DNA of 64,000 nucleotides from Candidatus Yanofskybacteria bacterium RIFCSPHIGHO2_01_FULL_44_24 (GTDB lineage Bacteria > Patescibacteriota > Minisyncoccia > 2-02-FULL-40-12 > GWA2-44-9), in contig MGJK01000012.1 in NCBI GenBank assembly GCA_001794215.1, positions 4,834 through 68,833 on the forward strand, read 5' to 3'. Each line of letters begins with the position of its first letter. The stretch's first letter is position 1. The notes beneath the pieces are model-generated. The model saw only the letters and a list, made by a program, of their open reading frames with translations. It ran no database searches and was not told where the DNA came from. The translations under genes and the position numbers were made by a program. Positions 19,182 through 29,588 of this stretch are shown here, piece after piece.

Positions 19182-20993
19182 ATGATTAAAAAAATTGCCC
19201 TCATAACTCCAATAAACGGTGACTGGGCCTACGATAGCTATATGGCTTTGGATGGGCTTATTCAGTTAAAGAAAGAGAAGCCCGATATTGAGTTTTTCAT
19301 TTCCTCAGATCCTTATAGAAAACATCCTTTTCCGGCAATCGAGTATGCTCTACCTAAAAAAGAATTTATCGAATTTGCAAAAAATGCCGATTTAATTTTG
19401 TTGTTCTGGTGCAAGAAGGATACAGATTCTAAATTGGCTGAAGAGATAGGGGAGTGGAACAAAACTGCCTATGTTGACGGTTCGGAATGGGGAATGAATA
19501 AGGGCCGGGACTTTGCGGTTCAGCGCGAGGTATTGTCGGGTGAATACAAAGACTGGGGACGGATAGATGATAAGATGCTCAGCCTGTGCCCTCTCTATTT
19601 CAGGCGAGAAAAGCCTTACATAAAAGGAGTTACTCCTTTGCCCTATGGTATAACTTCCACTTTCACGAAATATTATGAGCCGGCAAAGCCGAAAGATATA
19701 GACTTTTTCTGTGTCTGGGGACAGGACGAGTATCCTTTGACAAGAAGGTACGCCGAAGAGATTTTGGTTGATTTTTGCAAGAAGAACGGCTTCACTTATC
19801 ATGTTGAGAAAACCAAAAATCGCGACGAGTTTTATGAAATATTGTCCCGATCAAAGGTAGGGGTCTCGATAGGCGGCGGGGGATATGATACGGCTCGATT
19901 CTGGGAGATCTTGGGCAATAACTGCCTCCTTTTGACTGAAAGAATCGATATTTTAGAACCGGACAGTAGAGAACTCGACTACGAGAGAATCTATCAGTTC
20001 AATAATTTGTACGATTTTAAGTACCAGCTTGAAAAAGTAGCCAAGTTTTTAAGGGAAGAATATGCCAAAACGGATCTTCTACCGGAATATCAAGAGATTA
20101 TGTCCAAGCACTCGTCCAAGGCCCGGGTCTTAAAATTAATCCAAGAAGCCGAAGTTAAACTCAAAAAAGACGAAGAAAATGGGAAGCTTTGCAGTATAGT
20201 CGTATCTTCATTCGACGGAAATGCCGACATCTGGGACCCCTTCTTTACCCTCTTTTTTAGGTACTGGCCAAACTGCCCTTATCCTGTTTATTTAATAACC
20301 AACCGCAAAGAATACTCAGATAAAAGAGTAATTACGATTAAAGTAGGAGATGACAAGGGTTGGGCCACCAACATTCGTAATGCCCTGAAAGACATATCTA
20401 CGCCGTATGTCATAAACTTGATGGAAGACTTTTTAATAGAAAAACCGGTCAACAATCGATATATTCAATCTCTCGTTGATTACGCGAGCTTAAATAAAAT
20501 AGCCTACATACGCCTATTGCCTAACCCCGGACCTGATAAATATTTTCTAAACGACCTTAGTCTTGGGGAAATAGACAAAAAATCATCTTATAGAACCTCT
20601 CTTCATGCTGCTATTTGGGGTAAGAAAGTCTTCTTGGATTTATTAGTTGACGGAGAGAATCCTTGGAATATGGAACTTGAGGGATCGAAGCGATCGCAAG
20701 CTATAACCGAGCCGTTTCTCAGTGTTAAGGAGGCTGTACTCTACTATTATCATCGCACGGGGGTTATAAGGGGAAAGTGGATGTATGATGCGGTAAGGCT
20801 CTGCAAGCGAGAAGGCATTAAAGTTGATCTTAAGAAAAGAAGAATAGACTACGGCTGGAAAATTAATTCGATGTTCGATCAGATCAGGAAACATCCTTTG
20901 TTAAAAAGAGTTGGATCTATTCCCGCTCTGGGCTGGATTATCAAGAAAACATCGCGATCTCTTGTTGGTTTGATCAGTAATCGCGGATCCTAA
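19182..20993 (+). CDS. Putative two-domain glycosyltransferase
   Basis: N-terminal half with SRSKVGVSIGGGGYDTARFWE (GT-B-like C-lobe); C-terminal half CSIVVSSFD...YWPNCPYPVYL...LMEDF (GT-A-like, common in glycan loci). Confidence 0.6.
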   Translation: MIKKIALITPINGDWAYDSYMALDGLIQLKKEKPDIEFFISSDPYRKHPFPAIEYALPKKEFIEFAKNADLILLFWCKKDTDSKLAEEIGEWNKTAYVDGSEWGMNKGRDFAVQREVLSGEYKDWGRIDDKMLSLCPLYFRREKPYIKGVTPLPYGITSTFTKYYEPAKPKDIDFFCVWGQDEYPLTRRYAEEILVDFCKKNGFTYHVEKTKNRDEFYEILSRSKVGVSIGGGGYDTARFWEILGNNCLLLTERIDILEPDSRELDYERIYQFNNLYDFKYQLEKVAKFLREEYAKTDLLPEYQEIMSKHSSKARVLKLIQEAEVKLKKDEENGKLCSIVVSSFDGNADIWDPFFTLFFRYWPNCPYPVYLITNRKEYSDKRVITIKVGDDKGWATNIRNALKDISTPYVINLMEDFLIEKPVNNRYIQSLVDYASLNKIAYIRLLPNPGPDKYFLNDLSLGEIDKKSSYRTSLHAAIWGKKVFLDLLVDGENPWNMELEGSKRSQAITEPFLSVKEAVLYYYHRTGVIRGKWMYDAVRLCKREGIKVDLKKRRIDYGWKINSMFDQIRKHPLLKRVGSIPALGWIIKKTSRSLVGLISNRGS

Positions 20994-21068
20994 AGGTTGA
21001 GGTTGTTATATCCTCAAATTGTGGTACCATATGGCCTGAATGGTGTCCTTTTACAATAAGGAGCGGAG

Positions 21069-23027
21069 TTGCTGATCAAAAAGAAACGCAACATCTATAT
21101 GTCTCAGGTTAATTATCGATATGGAGATAACGCATTTTTACCATACTCAGTGGCCGTGCTACAGGCTTATGCTCAGGCTGAAAGCGAAATAAGAAATAGT
21201 TTTACATTCAAAGAGCTCATATTCCTTAGAGAGGATCCGGATCAGGTTGCTCGCAGAATGGAGAGCCCGTCTATATTAGCCCTCTCGTGCTATATGTGGA
21301 ATTGGGAATGGCAGAAACTGTTAGCCCAAGCAGTAAAAGCTTATTACCCCGACTGCTTAGTTATTATGGGCGGGATTCATATTCCGGAAAAATCTGATGG
21401 GTTTTTTCGAGAGTATCCCTATGTGGATCTGATTATCCACGGAGAGGGCGAGGTAACCTTTACCGCCGTTCTTCTTGCTTTTCTTTCCGGTGGAGGGTTC
21501 GAGTCCATGCCGGGAGTTAGTATCAGAAGGCCTGACAATTCGACCCTTAAAACATCTCTGCCGAATCGTATAAGCGATTTATCTAAATTGCCGTCACCTT
21601 ATTTGACCGGAGTCTTTGACTCGATTATAGATTTGCCGTTTCTCTGGAATGCCAGCCAAGAAACAAATCGTGGTTGTCCGTATCCATGCACCTTCTGTGC
21701 CTGGGGTCCGGCATATCAGCAAAAAGTTTGGCAGTTTAGCGAAGACCGAATAATTGAAGAATTAGAATGGTTCGGCCGGCATAGGATCGAATATATCTTC
21801 AATTGCGACGCCAATTGGGGAATTTTTGAAAGAGATTTGGAATTGACGCGAAAAATGGCTGAAATTAAAGCCAGATACCAAGGATATCCCAAGAAATTCA
21901 GGATGTGTACTGCTAAAAACAGCAATGATCGGGTTTTCGATATCAGCAGAATTCTTGATCGGGCCGGAATGAACAAGGGAGCGACGCTCAGTTTTCAAAG
22001 TATGAATGATACGGTCTTAGAGGCTGTTAAGCGCAGGAATATTAAGATCAAAGATTTTACCTCATACATGCGCCAGTATCGCGAGGCCAAGATAGCCACA
22101 TATACCGAGTTGATCATGGGATTGCCATGTGAGACATATACAACCTTCAAAGAGGGAATTGATAAGCTTATAAATGCCGGACAGCATAACGGTTTGAATA
22201 ACTATGTTTGCCTGATGCTTCCAAATGATGAGATGAGTGATCCGGATTATGTCCGTAAGCATCGGTTGGGGTGGGTGAAGATGCCTATTCTTCTTGCCCA
22301 CAGTACTCCAGGGTCGGATCCGGTCCAAGAGTATCAGGACGTTGTTGTCTCGACTAACTCCATGCCCGTAGAGGATTGGGAAAGAATTTTTATTTTCTCT
22401 TGGGCAGTGCAGTCATTTCACTGTCTCGGCCTGACTCAAACCATGGCTCTATTCTTAAGGAAACAATTTGGTGTTCAGTACAGTGTTTTTTACGAAAAGT
22501 TAATTGATTACTTTTCAAGTCGTCCTGAAACCCTTTTGGGTCAACAGCTTGTAAGAGTGTCCGATATAGTTTCCGGATCGATTCAGGGCGGAAGATTAGA
22601 TATGGTTATGCCTAAATTTGGCGAGATCTACTGGCCGCTAGAAGAGGCAGCTTTCCTCAATTGTGTTACTGACAAGGAAACATTCTATCGGGAATTGGCT
22701 GGGTTTGTAGATGATCTTTTAGGTCAATCCGGACGATCTGTCGATCGGACTTTACTGAGCAATCTCCTTTCTTATCAGAGGGCTCTTGTCGTGGATCCTT
22801 ATTCAGATGGCGAGTTTAGCGTTAATTTAGAATATGATCTTCATGACTACTTTGCCAAGGCTTACTTAGACGAAGAAGGCAAGCTGGCCTTAGCATCTAA
22901 TCGACTGGTCGTAAAACCATCAGTAGTTTTTAAAGGAGATTTAGTTTCTTATGCCCGAGAGATTGTCTGGTATGGTCGCAAGGGCGGTAAATTCTATCAT
23001 TCGGATGTTGAGGTCGCTCGCTTATAG
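21069..23027 (+). CDS. Cobalamin-binding radical SAM protein
   Basis: B12-binding segment LSCYMWN...IMGGIH...HGEGEVTF; ETNRGCPYPCTFC (CX3CX2C); TTG start with AGGAG upstream. Confidence 0.9.
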   Translation: MLIKKKRNIYMSQVNYRYGDNAFLPYSVAVLQAYAQAESEIRNSFTFKELIFLREDPDQVARRMESPSILALSCYMWNWEWQKLLAQAVKAYYPDCLVIMGGIHIPEKSDGFFREYPYVDLIIHGEGEVTFTAVLLAFLSGGGFESMPGVSIRRPDNSTLKTSLPNRISDLSKLPSPYLTGVFDSIIDLPFLWNASQETNRGCPYPCTFCAWGPAYQQKVWQFSEDRIIEELEWFGRHRIEYIFNCDANWGIFERDLELTRKMAEIKARYQGYPKKFRMCTAKNSNDRVFDISRILDRAGMNKGATLSFQSMNDTVLEAVKRRNIKIKDFTSYMRQYREAKIATYTELIMGLPCETYTTFKEGIDKLINAGQHNGLNNYVCLMLPNDEMSDPDYVRKHRLGWVKMPILLAHSTPGSDPVQEYQDVVVSTNSMPVEDWERIFIFSWAVQSFHCLGLTQTMALFLRKQFGVQYSVFYEKLIDYFSSRPETLLGQQLVRVSDIVSGSIQGGRLDMVMPKFGEIYWPLEEAAFLNCVTDKETFYRELAGFVDDLLGQSGRSVDRTLLSNLLSYQRALVVDPYSDGEFSVNLEYDLHDYFAKAYLDEEGKLALASNRLVVKPSVVFKGDLVSYAREIVWYGRKGGKFYHSDVEVARL

Positions 23028-23031
23028 AAAG

Positions 23032-23052
23032 AACCATGGATATACCATGGTT
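23032..23052. terminator. Hairpin between convergent genes
   Basis: AACCATGG-ATATA-CCATGGTT. Confidence 0.45.
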
Positions 23053-24021
23053 TTATTTTTTAATTTGTTCTCTATTCTTAAAGTCATAATAAAGTTTCAG
23101 CCAGTCCAGGAAAAAAATAGAAGGATATTTTTTGTTTTGAAAACGTAACGAGCGGTATTCAAGATGTCTTTGATGTTTACGCCAGTATAAATCTAAATGC
23201 GAAGGGTCGATAATTATGCAATATCTGGCAAAATCTTCTAAGGTATCTTCCATCGTAAATTTAACTTCCCGGCCGATTGTTTTTAGAAAAGTTGTAAAAA
23301 GATGGTTCTCGGGGCCTCCGAAGGAAAGAGGTTTTGTTAGCAGGTCAATTCGCCAATAAGCAGTCATATCTTTAATATGACCGAAGAGGAACTCATCGGA
23401 TAAGTGGTATAACTGAGATCCTAAAGCCTCTGTCCCCAGAGCTATTATGCGGTTTTTTAAAAAAATATTTTGTTCTTGAGAATTTTCCGGGGGGTAGAAT
23501 CTTGTTAGGTTATGCAAATGATCAATGATTTTTGGAGCATATATGCGCTGGTCATTTCGAGTGTTAAGTATGTATTCCACGCCTAATTCCGCTGCTTTTT
23601 CTATTCCTGCAATCGTAGTCGTAATTTGAAAATTAAGATGGAAAGGCCCGGCTATCGAGGGTTTTCTAACGAGGACAACTTCGGCACCTGCTTGGTAAAT
23701 TTTCTCGAGATAAGCCGGCTCCTCGTCATTCCAGGTGGATACCACAATAGGTACTTGAGGGTGAAGCTTTTTGTAGGTTCTTACGGTTTCAAGGGTAAAA
23801 TCATTGGGCTTAATAATTTCTCCCCTTATCAATATTGCCGTTTTGGGATTGACGACAGCGATGCCCATATTAGCTTTTACTTCTGAAGCTTTGACTGGTC
23901 TAATCCGGATGGTTATAAATTTACCCCTTGAATTCTCAATGAAATGCAAAATAGACACTGCGAGCTTTTTTATATAAAAAACTAATTTAATTCTGTATTT
24001 AGTTGGCGTTAAATAACTCAT
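23053..24021 (-). CDS. WavE-like polysaccharide synthesis protein (paralogue 1)
   Basis: TAILIRG, IVVSTW, NFQITTTIAG, LNTRNDQR, YHLSDEFLFG. Confidence 0.75.
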   Translation of the reverse strand: MSYLTPTKYRIKLVFYIKKLAVSILHFIENSRGKFITIRIRPVKASEVKANMGIAVVNPKTAILIRGEIIKPNDFTLETVRTYKKLHPQVPIVVSTWNDEEPAYLEKIYQAGAEVVLVRKPSIAGPFHLNFQITTTIAGIEKAAELGVEYILNTRNDQRIYAPKIIDHLHNLTRFYPPENSQEQNIFLKNRIIALGTEALGSQLYHLSDEFLFGHIKDMTAYWRIDLLTKPLSFGGPENHLFTTFLKTIGREVKFTMEDTLEDFARYCIIIDPSHLDLYWRKHQRHLEYRSLRFQNKKYPSIFFLDWLKLYYDFKNREQIKK

Positions 24022-24142
24022 TTGGCGGAGTATCTTGGCAAGTATTATTCATTAAGATATCAATATTTTCGTATCTTAGCAATATTAAAAAAACTGGAGA
24101 ACGGTTGACCATCCGCTAAAGTATAGATAGAATAAAACTGCC

Positions 24143-24589
24143 ATGGTTTTAATATCGCATCGGGGCAATATTAGCGGTGAAAATCCGGAAAGGGAGAACA
24201 GTCCCGGGTATATTATAGAGGTTTTGACCCGAGGCTATAATGCCGAAATTGATGTAAGGCTTATTGATGGTATTTTTTGGCTTGGTCACGATGCTCCCCG
24301 ATATCAAATAGAGGAGAGCTTTTTGGAAAATGACAAATTGTGGTGTCATGCGAAGAACTTCGCGGCATTGGCAAAAATGCAGCAAAATAAAAAAATACAT
24401 TTTTTTTGGAATCAGGAAGACAATTTTGCCCTGACTTCAAAGGGGTTTATCTGGACATATAAAAGCAAAGAAATTTGTCCCGTGTCTGTGCTGGTTAAAC
24501 CGGAAGTACTGGGGATAACCGATAAAAAAAAGTTGCCGGATTGCTATGGCATTTGCTCTGATTTCGTAGCCAACTTTAATGAAATATAA
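24143..24589 (+). CDS. Small glycerophosphodiester-phosphodiesterase-like protein
   Basis: LISHRGN, EIDVR, LGHD, WCHAKN, GICSD. Confidence 0.7.
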   Translation: MVLISHRGNISGENPERENSPGYIIEVLTRGYNAEIDVRLIDGIFWLGHDAPRYQIEESFLENDKLWCHAKNFAALAKMQQNKKIHFFWNQEDNFALTSKGFIWTYKSKEICPVSVLVKPEVLGITDKKKLPDCYGICSDFVANFNEI

Positions 24590-25190
24590 AGCTATAATTT
24601 TTGATTTGGATGGCGTATTGGTCAATATGCCTGCCGCTCACTTTGAGGCGCTAAACTGCGCTTTGAGTTTGTTTGGAGTTGCCATTGAGAAGGACGAGCA
24701 TTATAATTTTTTCAACGGGCTTCCTACCAGAAAAAAACTCGAAGAACTTGAGCGGAAGAACCGTCTTCCTGTTGGTTTACGTGAGTTTATTAACAGGATT
24801 AAGCAGAATTACACAAAAGATCTCATTCCGTCATATTGTGTTCCCGATTATTCGAAAATCATTCTTTTACGGTACCTCAAGGGACAGAATTATAAATTGG
24901 CATGCTGCTCAAATTCAATCAGTGAAACCCTCCACCTAATGTTAAAATCCGCCCATTTATTCGATTATTTTGATCTGATCCTGGGAAACGACGAGGTTAC
25001 CAACCCTAAACCGGATCCCGAAATTTATTTAACTGCCTTCAGGCGCTTGCAGGTTAAGCCAAGCGAATGTATTATTGTGGAGGATGCCCCTCATGGCATT
25101 GCGGCCGCAAAAGCCAGCGGGGCCAAGGTTCTTCAGGTTAGAAATACCGAAGACGTAAACTTATCTTTATTTTACAGCGAAGGCATTTAG
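24579..25190 (+). CDS. HAD-superfamily phosphatase
   Basis: FDLDGVL, CCSNS, KPDPEIY, VEDAPHG. Confidence 0.9.
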   Translation: MKYKAIIFDLDGVLVNMPAAHFEALNCALSLFGVAIEKDEHYNFFNGLPTRKKLEELERKNRLPVGLREFINRIKQNYTKDLIPSYCVPDYSKIILLRYLKGQNYKLACCSNSISETLHLMLKSAHLFDYFDLILGNDEVTNPKPDPEIYLTAFRRLQVKPSECIIVEDAPHGIAAAKASGAKVLQVRNTEDVNLSLFYSEGI

Positions 25191-25213
25191 TTGCTCTAAG
25201 CTATCTATAGTTT

Positions 25214-25957
25214 ATGCTTAATATTGTTATTCCAATGGCCGGCAAGGGCTCAAGATTTCAGGAGGCAGGTTTTGTGTTTCCAAAACCGCTTATTGATGTG
25301 AAGGGGAAGGCCATGATAGAGCTGGTTGCAAGCAACCTCCGTCCCAGGTGTGCACACCGATTCATATTTATCTGCCAGAGAGAGCATGCAGAAAAATACG
25401 ACCTCCATAATATTTTAAAAAGTGCGACAAAAAATAAATTCGAGATTGTTCAGCTTGGAGGGATGACTCAAGGCGCTGCCTGCACGGTCTTAACCGCTGC
25501 GCAATATATCGATAACGATGATGATCTATTGATCGCCAACTCGGATCAGTTTATTGATTATGATATCAATGATTTTATCAATCGAGGACGCGCTAAGGGT
25601 GATGGATTAATCCTGACTTTTAAATCAAGTCATCCAAAATGGAGTTATGCGCGAGTCGACAGGGCAAGCAGGGTGGCGGAAGTTGCGGAAAAAAAAGTAA
25701 TCTCCGACAGGGCTACCGTGGGGATATATTATTTTAAGCACGGAAAACATTTTGTTGCCGCTGCCCAGGAGATGATTGCGAAAAATATAAGGTACAACAA
25801 TGAATTTTATGTATGCCCGGTTTTTAACGAGCTGATTTTAGGAGGGAAGCAAGTATTTACCAGGAATATATCTGTCGAAAAAATGCATGGCCTTGGTACG
25901 CCGGAAGATCTCAACGCATTTCTCCGCAAGCTGGATAGCGGTATCGTAAAAGTATAA
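25214..25957 (+). CDS. Nucleotidyltransferase-fold protein (BcbE-like)
   Basis: IVIPMAGKGSRF...PKPLI, TQGAACT, IANSDQ, NNEFYVCPVFN, GLGTPEDL. Confidence 0.8.
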   Translation: MLNIVIPMAGKGSRFQEAGFVFPKPLIDVKGKAMIELVASNLRPRCAHRFIFICQREHAEKYDLHNILKSATKNKFEIVQLGGMTQGAACTVLTAAQYIDNDDDLLIANSDQFIDYDINDFINRGRAKGDGLILTFKSSHPKWSYARVDRASRVAEVAEKKVISDRATVGIYYFKHGKHFVAAAQEMIAKNIRYNNEFYVCPVFNELILGGKQVFTRNISVEKMHGLGTPEDLNAFLRKLDSGIVKV

Positions 25958-25966
25958 TATTATGAA

Positions 25967-27781
25967 TTACGATGCCGGCGGCAAATCTGCGTAAGCGTTT
26001 ACGTTTTTATGCATTCTATAAAAATATGAATTCTGGTCGGCCAGTAAATCTCTTGGCGACCCTTCTTCTATCACTCTTCCCTGATTAACAACAATAAGCT
26101 TGTCGGAGTTTGTTATTGTCGAAAGTCGATGAGCTATTATTACTATGGTGATCTTGCCTCGTAATTGACTGATAGCATTTTGGATGAGGGCCTCCGATTC
26201 ATTGTCTATGGCGCTTGTAGCCTCATCCAAAATCAGTATTTTGGGTTTTCTTGCCAGCGCCCTAGCTAAAGATATTCTTTGTCTCTGTCCTCCGGAAAGC
26301 TTCAGACCCCTCTCTCCAACCAAAGTTTCAAATTTATCCGGCAAATTCTGGATTGTTTCATAAATGTCAGACATTTGGGCGGCTTCTACAACGTCGCGCC
26401 TGGACATTGAGTCATCGTAAAATTTTATATTATTCTCAATGGTATCATTTAGGAGAAACGTATCTTGGGGGACATAGCCTATGTTTCTTCTCCATTCTGT
26501 TAAGTTGACGGTAGAAATATTTTTATCATCCATCATAATTTCGCCTGCTCCCGGAATAAAAAGACGAAGAATCAGATCAACAAACGTGGTTTTTCCGGTT
26601 CCGGAGGGCCCGACAATACCAGTTATCTCCCCCCTCTGTATAGAACAGGAGATATCTGATAGTATTTTCTTTTGCGCATCATATGCAAAGCTAACATGAT
26701 TAAATTTTAATGCATGTTTGAAATCAAATCTCTCCCCATTTTCGTATATCTCCCTGTTGTTGCTTGTGACTTTTCGGTGTTCTATGACTAACTCAAGGAA
26801 AGGGAGCTGGGTGTTAATGCTCTGAATTTGACCCTGGGCGGATTCTAAAAAATTAAACATGCGTTGAATAAGATAAACTACGACTGTGAACGAAGCGATG
26901 CTGAAACCGGGCCTATGGTACGAAAACATAAATAAGAATGCCATGAATATCAGTCCGAGCGGCTCAAAAAGGGCATTGGCAAAAATTCCGTAGGTTAATG
27001 CCTTTGTTCTCGCATTCATTAATTCCTGAAAATAGTGACGGCCCCTCTCGATCACCTTATCTTCAGAAGATGTAGTCTTGATTATTTTAGCCCCGATCAT
27101 ACTTTCGCCTATATGGTGGCTTGCTATTTTATAAACATCGGCGATCCTTTTCGAAAGCTGACGCGTTCTAAAAAGTAACGGTTTAAGGCCGACAAAGATT
27201 AAGGCACCAGCAAGTATCGATAGTATCGTGATCGAAGCCGATACATTGAAGGCCACCAGACCGTACATGATAAAGCTTGTCATCGCGATCACAAAGGAAG
27301 TGAGAAGGTTCAGGATTCCTGCGCTTTGGCCCGTATCGCTTAAGATCAATCTTTCCAGATGGCCGATTTTTTGATTGATCAAGTATGGCCAAACGGCCCG
27401 AATGGTGTCTTCGAGTAAGATAGTCCTCGTTTCTTCTTCGTATTTTGCGGTCATTCTCTCATTCGTAAACTTAATCATAAATAACGTTATAGCTTTTAAA
27501 ATAAAAAGCGTGACTATGAGCATTAAAAGAAATGGCAGTGTAAGCGGAATGTGGAGAAAATTTAATAAATGCGCGACGATTTTATTTATAAAATCAGTTC
27601 CCTCGATTGTCTGATTTGTAAGCAGTGAAAAAATCGGGATTATGACGCTGATTCCCAAACTACCCAATAGTCCGGTTACAAAACCCAAGACTATCATGGT
27701 TGCAAACGCAATTTTGTATTGCCTGAAGGACTCCCTGATCAGTCCAGCGGCGCGTCCTATTTTATTGAGGTTTATGATCAT
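25967..27781 (-). CDS. ABC exporter (fused TMD+NBD; MsbA/PglK-like)
   Basis: N-terminal TM helices, GPSGTGKTT, LSGGQRQR, ILDEATS. Confidence 0.92.
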   Translation of the reverse strand: MIINLNKIGRAAGLIRESFRQYKIAFATMIVLGFVTGLLGSLGISVIIPIFSLLTNQTIEGTDFINKIVAHLLNFLHIPLTLPFLLMLIVTLFILKAITLFMIKFTNERMTAKYEEETRTILLEDTIRAVWPYLINQKIGHLERLILSDTGQSAGILNLLTSFVIAMTSFIMYGLVAFNVSASITILSILAGALIFVGLKPLLFRTRQLSKRIADVYKIASHHIGESMIGAKIIKTTSSEDKVIERGRHYFQELMNARTKALTYGIFANALFEPLGLIFMAFLFMFSYHRPGFSIASFTVVVYLIQRMFNFLESAQGQIQSINTQLPFLELVIEHRKVTSNNREIYENGERFDFKHALKFNHVSFAYDAQKKILSDISCSIQRGEITGIVGPSGTGKTTFVDLILRLFIPGAGEIMMDDKNISTVNLTEWRRNIGYVPQDTFLLNDTIENNIKFYDDSMSRRDVVEAAQMSDIYETIQNLPDKFETLVGERGLKLSGGQRQRISLARALARKPKILILDEATSAIDNESEALIQNAISQLRGKITIVIIAHRLSTITNSDKLIVVNQGRVIEEGSPRDLLADQNSYFYRMHKNVNAYADLPPAS

Positions 27782-27789
27782 TTTCGAGG

Positions 27790-29580
27790 TCAGTCTTTTA
27801 TATGATAAGCTTTGTAAAAATGAGAACTTTTGTTCTTAAGCAATTCCTCCGGTCTTCCTTCTTCGATAATTCTGCCTTCCTCGAGCACCATCAGCTTATC
27901 CGCATTGGTGATAGTGCTTAAGCGGTGGGCAATGACTAAAATAGTAACCCTGCCCTTTAGGCCGCTAATTGCTTTTTGTATCAAAGCTTCTGATTCCGTA
28001 TCTACTGAACTTGTGGCTTCATCAAGGACGAGGATTTTCGGATTTCTTGCCAATGCCCTGGCCAGGACTATCCTCTGTCTTTGACCCCCGGACAGTTCAA
28101 TACCCCTTTCTCCCACTACGGTTTGAAATCTATCGGGAAGTTCAGAAACGAAATCGTATATGCTGGCCATTTTAATGGCCTTAATAATTTCCTCATGAGT
28201 TACGGTTTCGTCATAGAATTTGACGTTGTTCTCTATGGTGTCATTTAAAAGGAATATGTCTTGAGGGACATAACCGATGTTGTTTCGCCACGCCTTGAGA
28301 TCTATCTTCAGTATATTTTTACCGTCAAGCAGTATTTGGCCGCCGTCCGGTTCTAAGAGCCGTAGCAAGAGGTCTACGACAGTTGTTTTCCCTACTCCCG
28401 AGGGTCCGATGATCCCAACCACCTCTCCTTTTTGAATTGAAAAATTTAAATTCTTTAAAATTTCTCCTGAGCGAGGGTATGAAAATTCTATTCCCTTAAA
28501 CTCAAGAGACTTGTTAAATTCGAAATCATCAGTGCCACGATTTACCTCCACGCTATTCTTTGCAATAGTTTTGTATTCCGCCGTACTTTCCAGGTAGGGA
28601 ATCAATCCGTTAAATCCTTGCATTTGGCTTTGGGCCGACTGGATAAATGAAAACATTTTTTGGATTAGATAAACGACAACGCCAAAAGCAGCGATATTAA
28701 ATTCAGGAGTCCTATATGTGAAAATAAACAGAAGCCCCACGAAAGCTATGCCGGTAGGTTCGAGAGATTGTCCTAAAGAGTAGGTGTAAAAACTCATCTT
28801 TATTCTTGCCCTTCTCAACTTGTCGAAATAGTGGAGGCCCTTACTTATGACCCTATCCTCGGTTGAGGTGGCCTTCACTATCTTAGCGCCTATGATATTT
28901 TCTCCGACATGGTGGGCAACCTCCTTAAAGGTAGCACTTATTTCTTCTGAAATTTTCCTGGTCTTAAAAAATAACGGTTTGAAGAGAAAGAAAAGGATTC
29001 CTCCGAAGCCCATGGTCATGAGCGTAACGGTAGACGATATCTTGAATGCGACAAAGGCGTAGGCGATAAAGCTGGTCGCGATTAATATACTTGAACTTAC
29101 TTGGTTCAAGAGCGATGCGGCGTTGGATATATCAAATAAAAGCACCCTCTCAAGATAGCCAGTTTTTTGCTCCATTAAAGACGGCCAGTCGGCTTTCAGG
29201 GTTTTTTCGAACAGATCTTTTCGGAGATCTTCTTCGAGCCGGGCGACTAATTTTTCAGTATTGTATTTTGAGAAAAACTGGGTCAGGGCCTTTAACGCAA
29301 AGAGAGCGACCATAAAAGCGATCAAAAAAGCCGGCGTTAACGGAATATGAAGAAAAGAAAAAGACCAGGCTACGTTTCTTGTAATAAAGTCTGTGCCCTC
29401 TACGGCGACGTTAGAGAACAATGAGAATAGGGGAATAACGACGCCTATTCCTATGCTTCCGGCCAAACCGTTCAAAAAGCCAAGCAGGATGGTCAGAATA
29501 AGGCCGGATTTATACGGTCCTATAAGATCCTTACTTAATACAAAAATGTATTTTATTTTTTGGAAAGTATTCAGGCTCAT
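27790..29580 (-). CDS. ABC exporter (fused TMD+NBD; MsbA/PglK-like), tandem paralogue
   Basis: GPSGVGKTT, LSGGQRQR, VLDEATS; collinear with the neighbouring exporter. Confidence 0.92.
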   Translation of the reverse strand: MSLNTFQKIKYIFVLSKDLIGPYKSGLILTILLGFLNGLAGSIGIGVVIPLFSLFSNVAVEGTDFITRNVAWSFSFLHIPLTPAFLIAFMVALFALKALTQFFSKYNTEKLVARLEEDLRKDLFEKTLKADWPSLMEQKTGYLERVLLFDISNAASLLNQVSSSILIATSFIAYAFVAFKISSTVTLMTMGFGGILFFLFKPLFFKTRKISEEISATFKEVAHHVGENIIGAKIVKATSTEDRVISKGLHYFDKLRRARIKMSFYTYSLGQSLEPTGIAFVGLLFIFTYRTPEFNIAAFGVVVYLIQKMFSFIQSAQSQMQGFNGLIPYLESTAEYKTIAKNSVEVNRGTDDFEFNKSLEFKGIEFSYPRSGEILKNLNFSIQKGEVVGIIGPSGVGKTTVVDLLLRLLEPDGGQILLDGKNILKIDLKAWRNNIGYVPQDIFLLNDTIENNVKFYDETVTHEEIIKAIKMASIYDFVSELPDRFQTVVGERGIELSGGQRQRIVLARALARNPKILVLDEATSSVDTESEALIQKAISGLKGRVTILVIAHRLSTITNADKLMVLEEGRIIEEGRPEELLKNKSSHFYKAYHIKD

Positions 29581-29588
29581 TAAAATAT

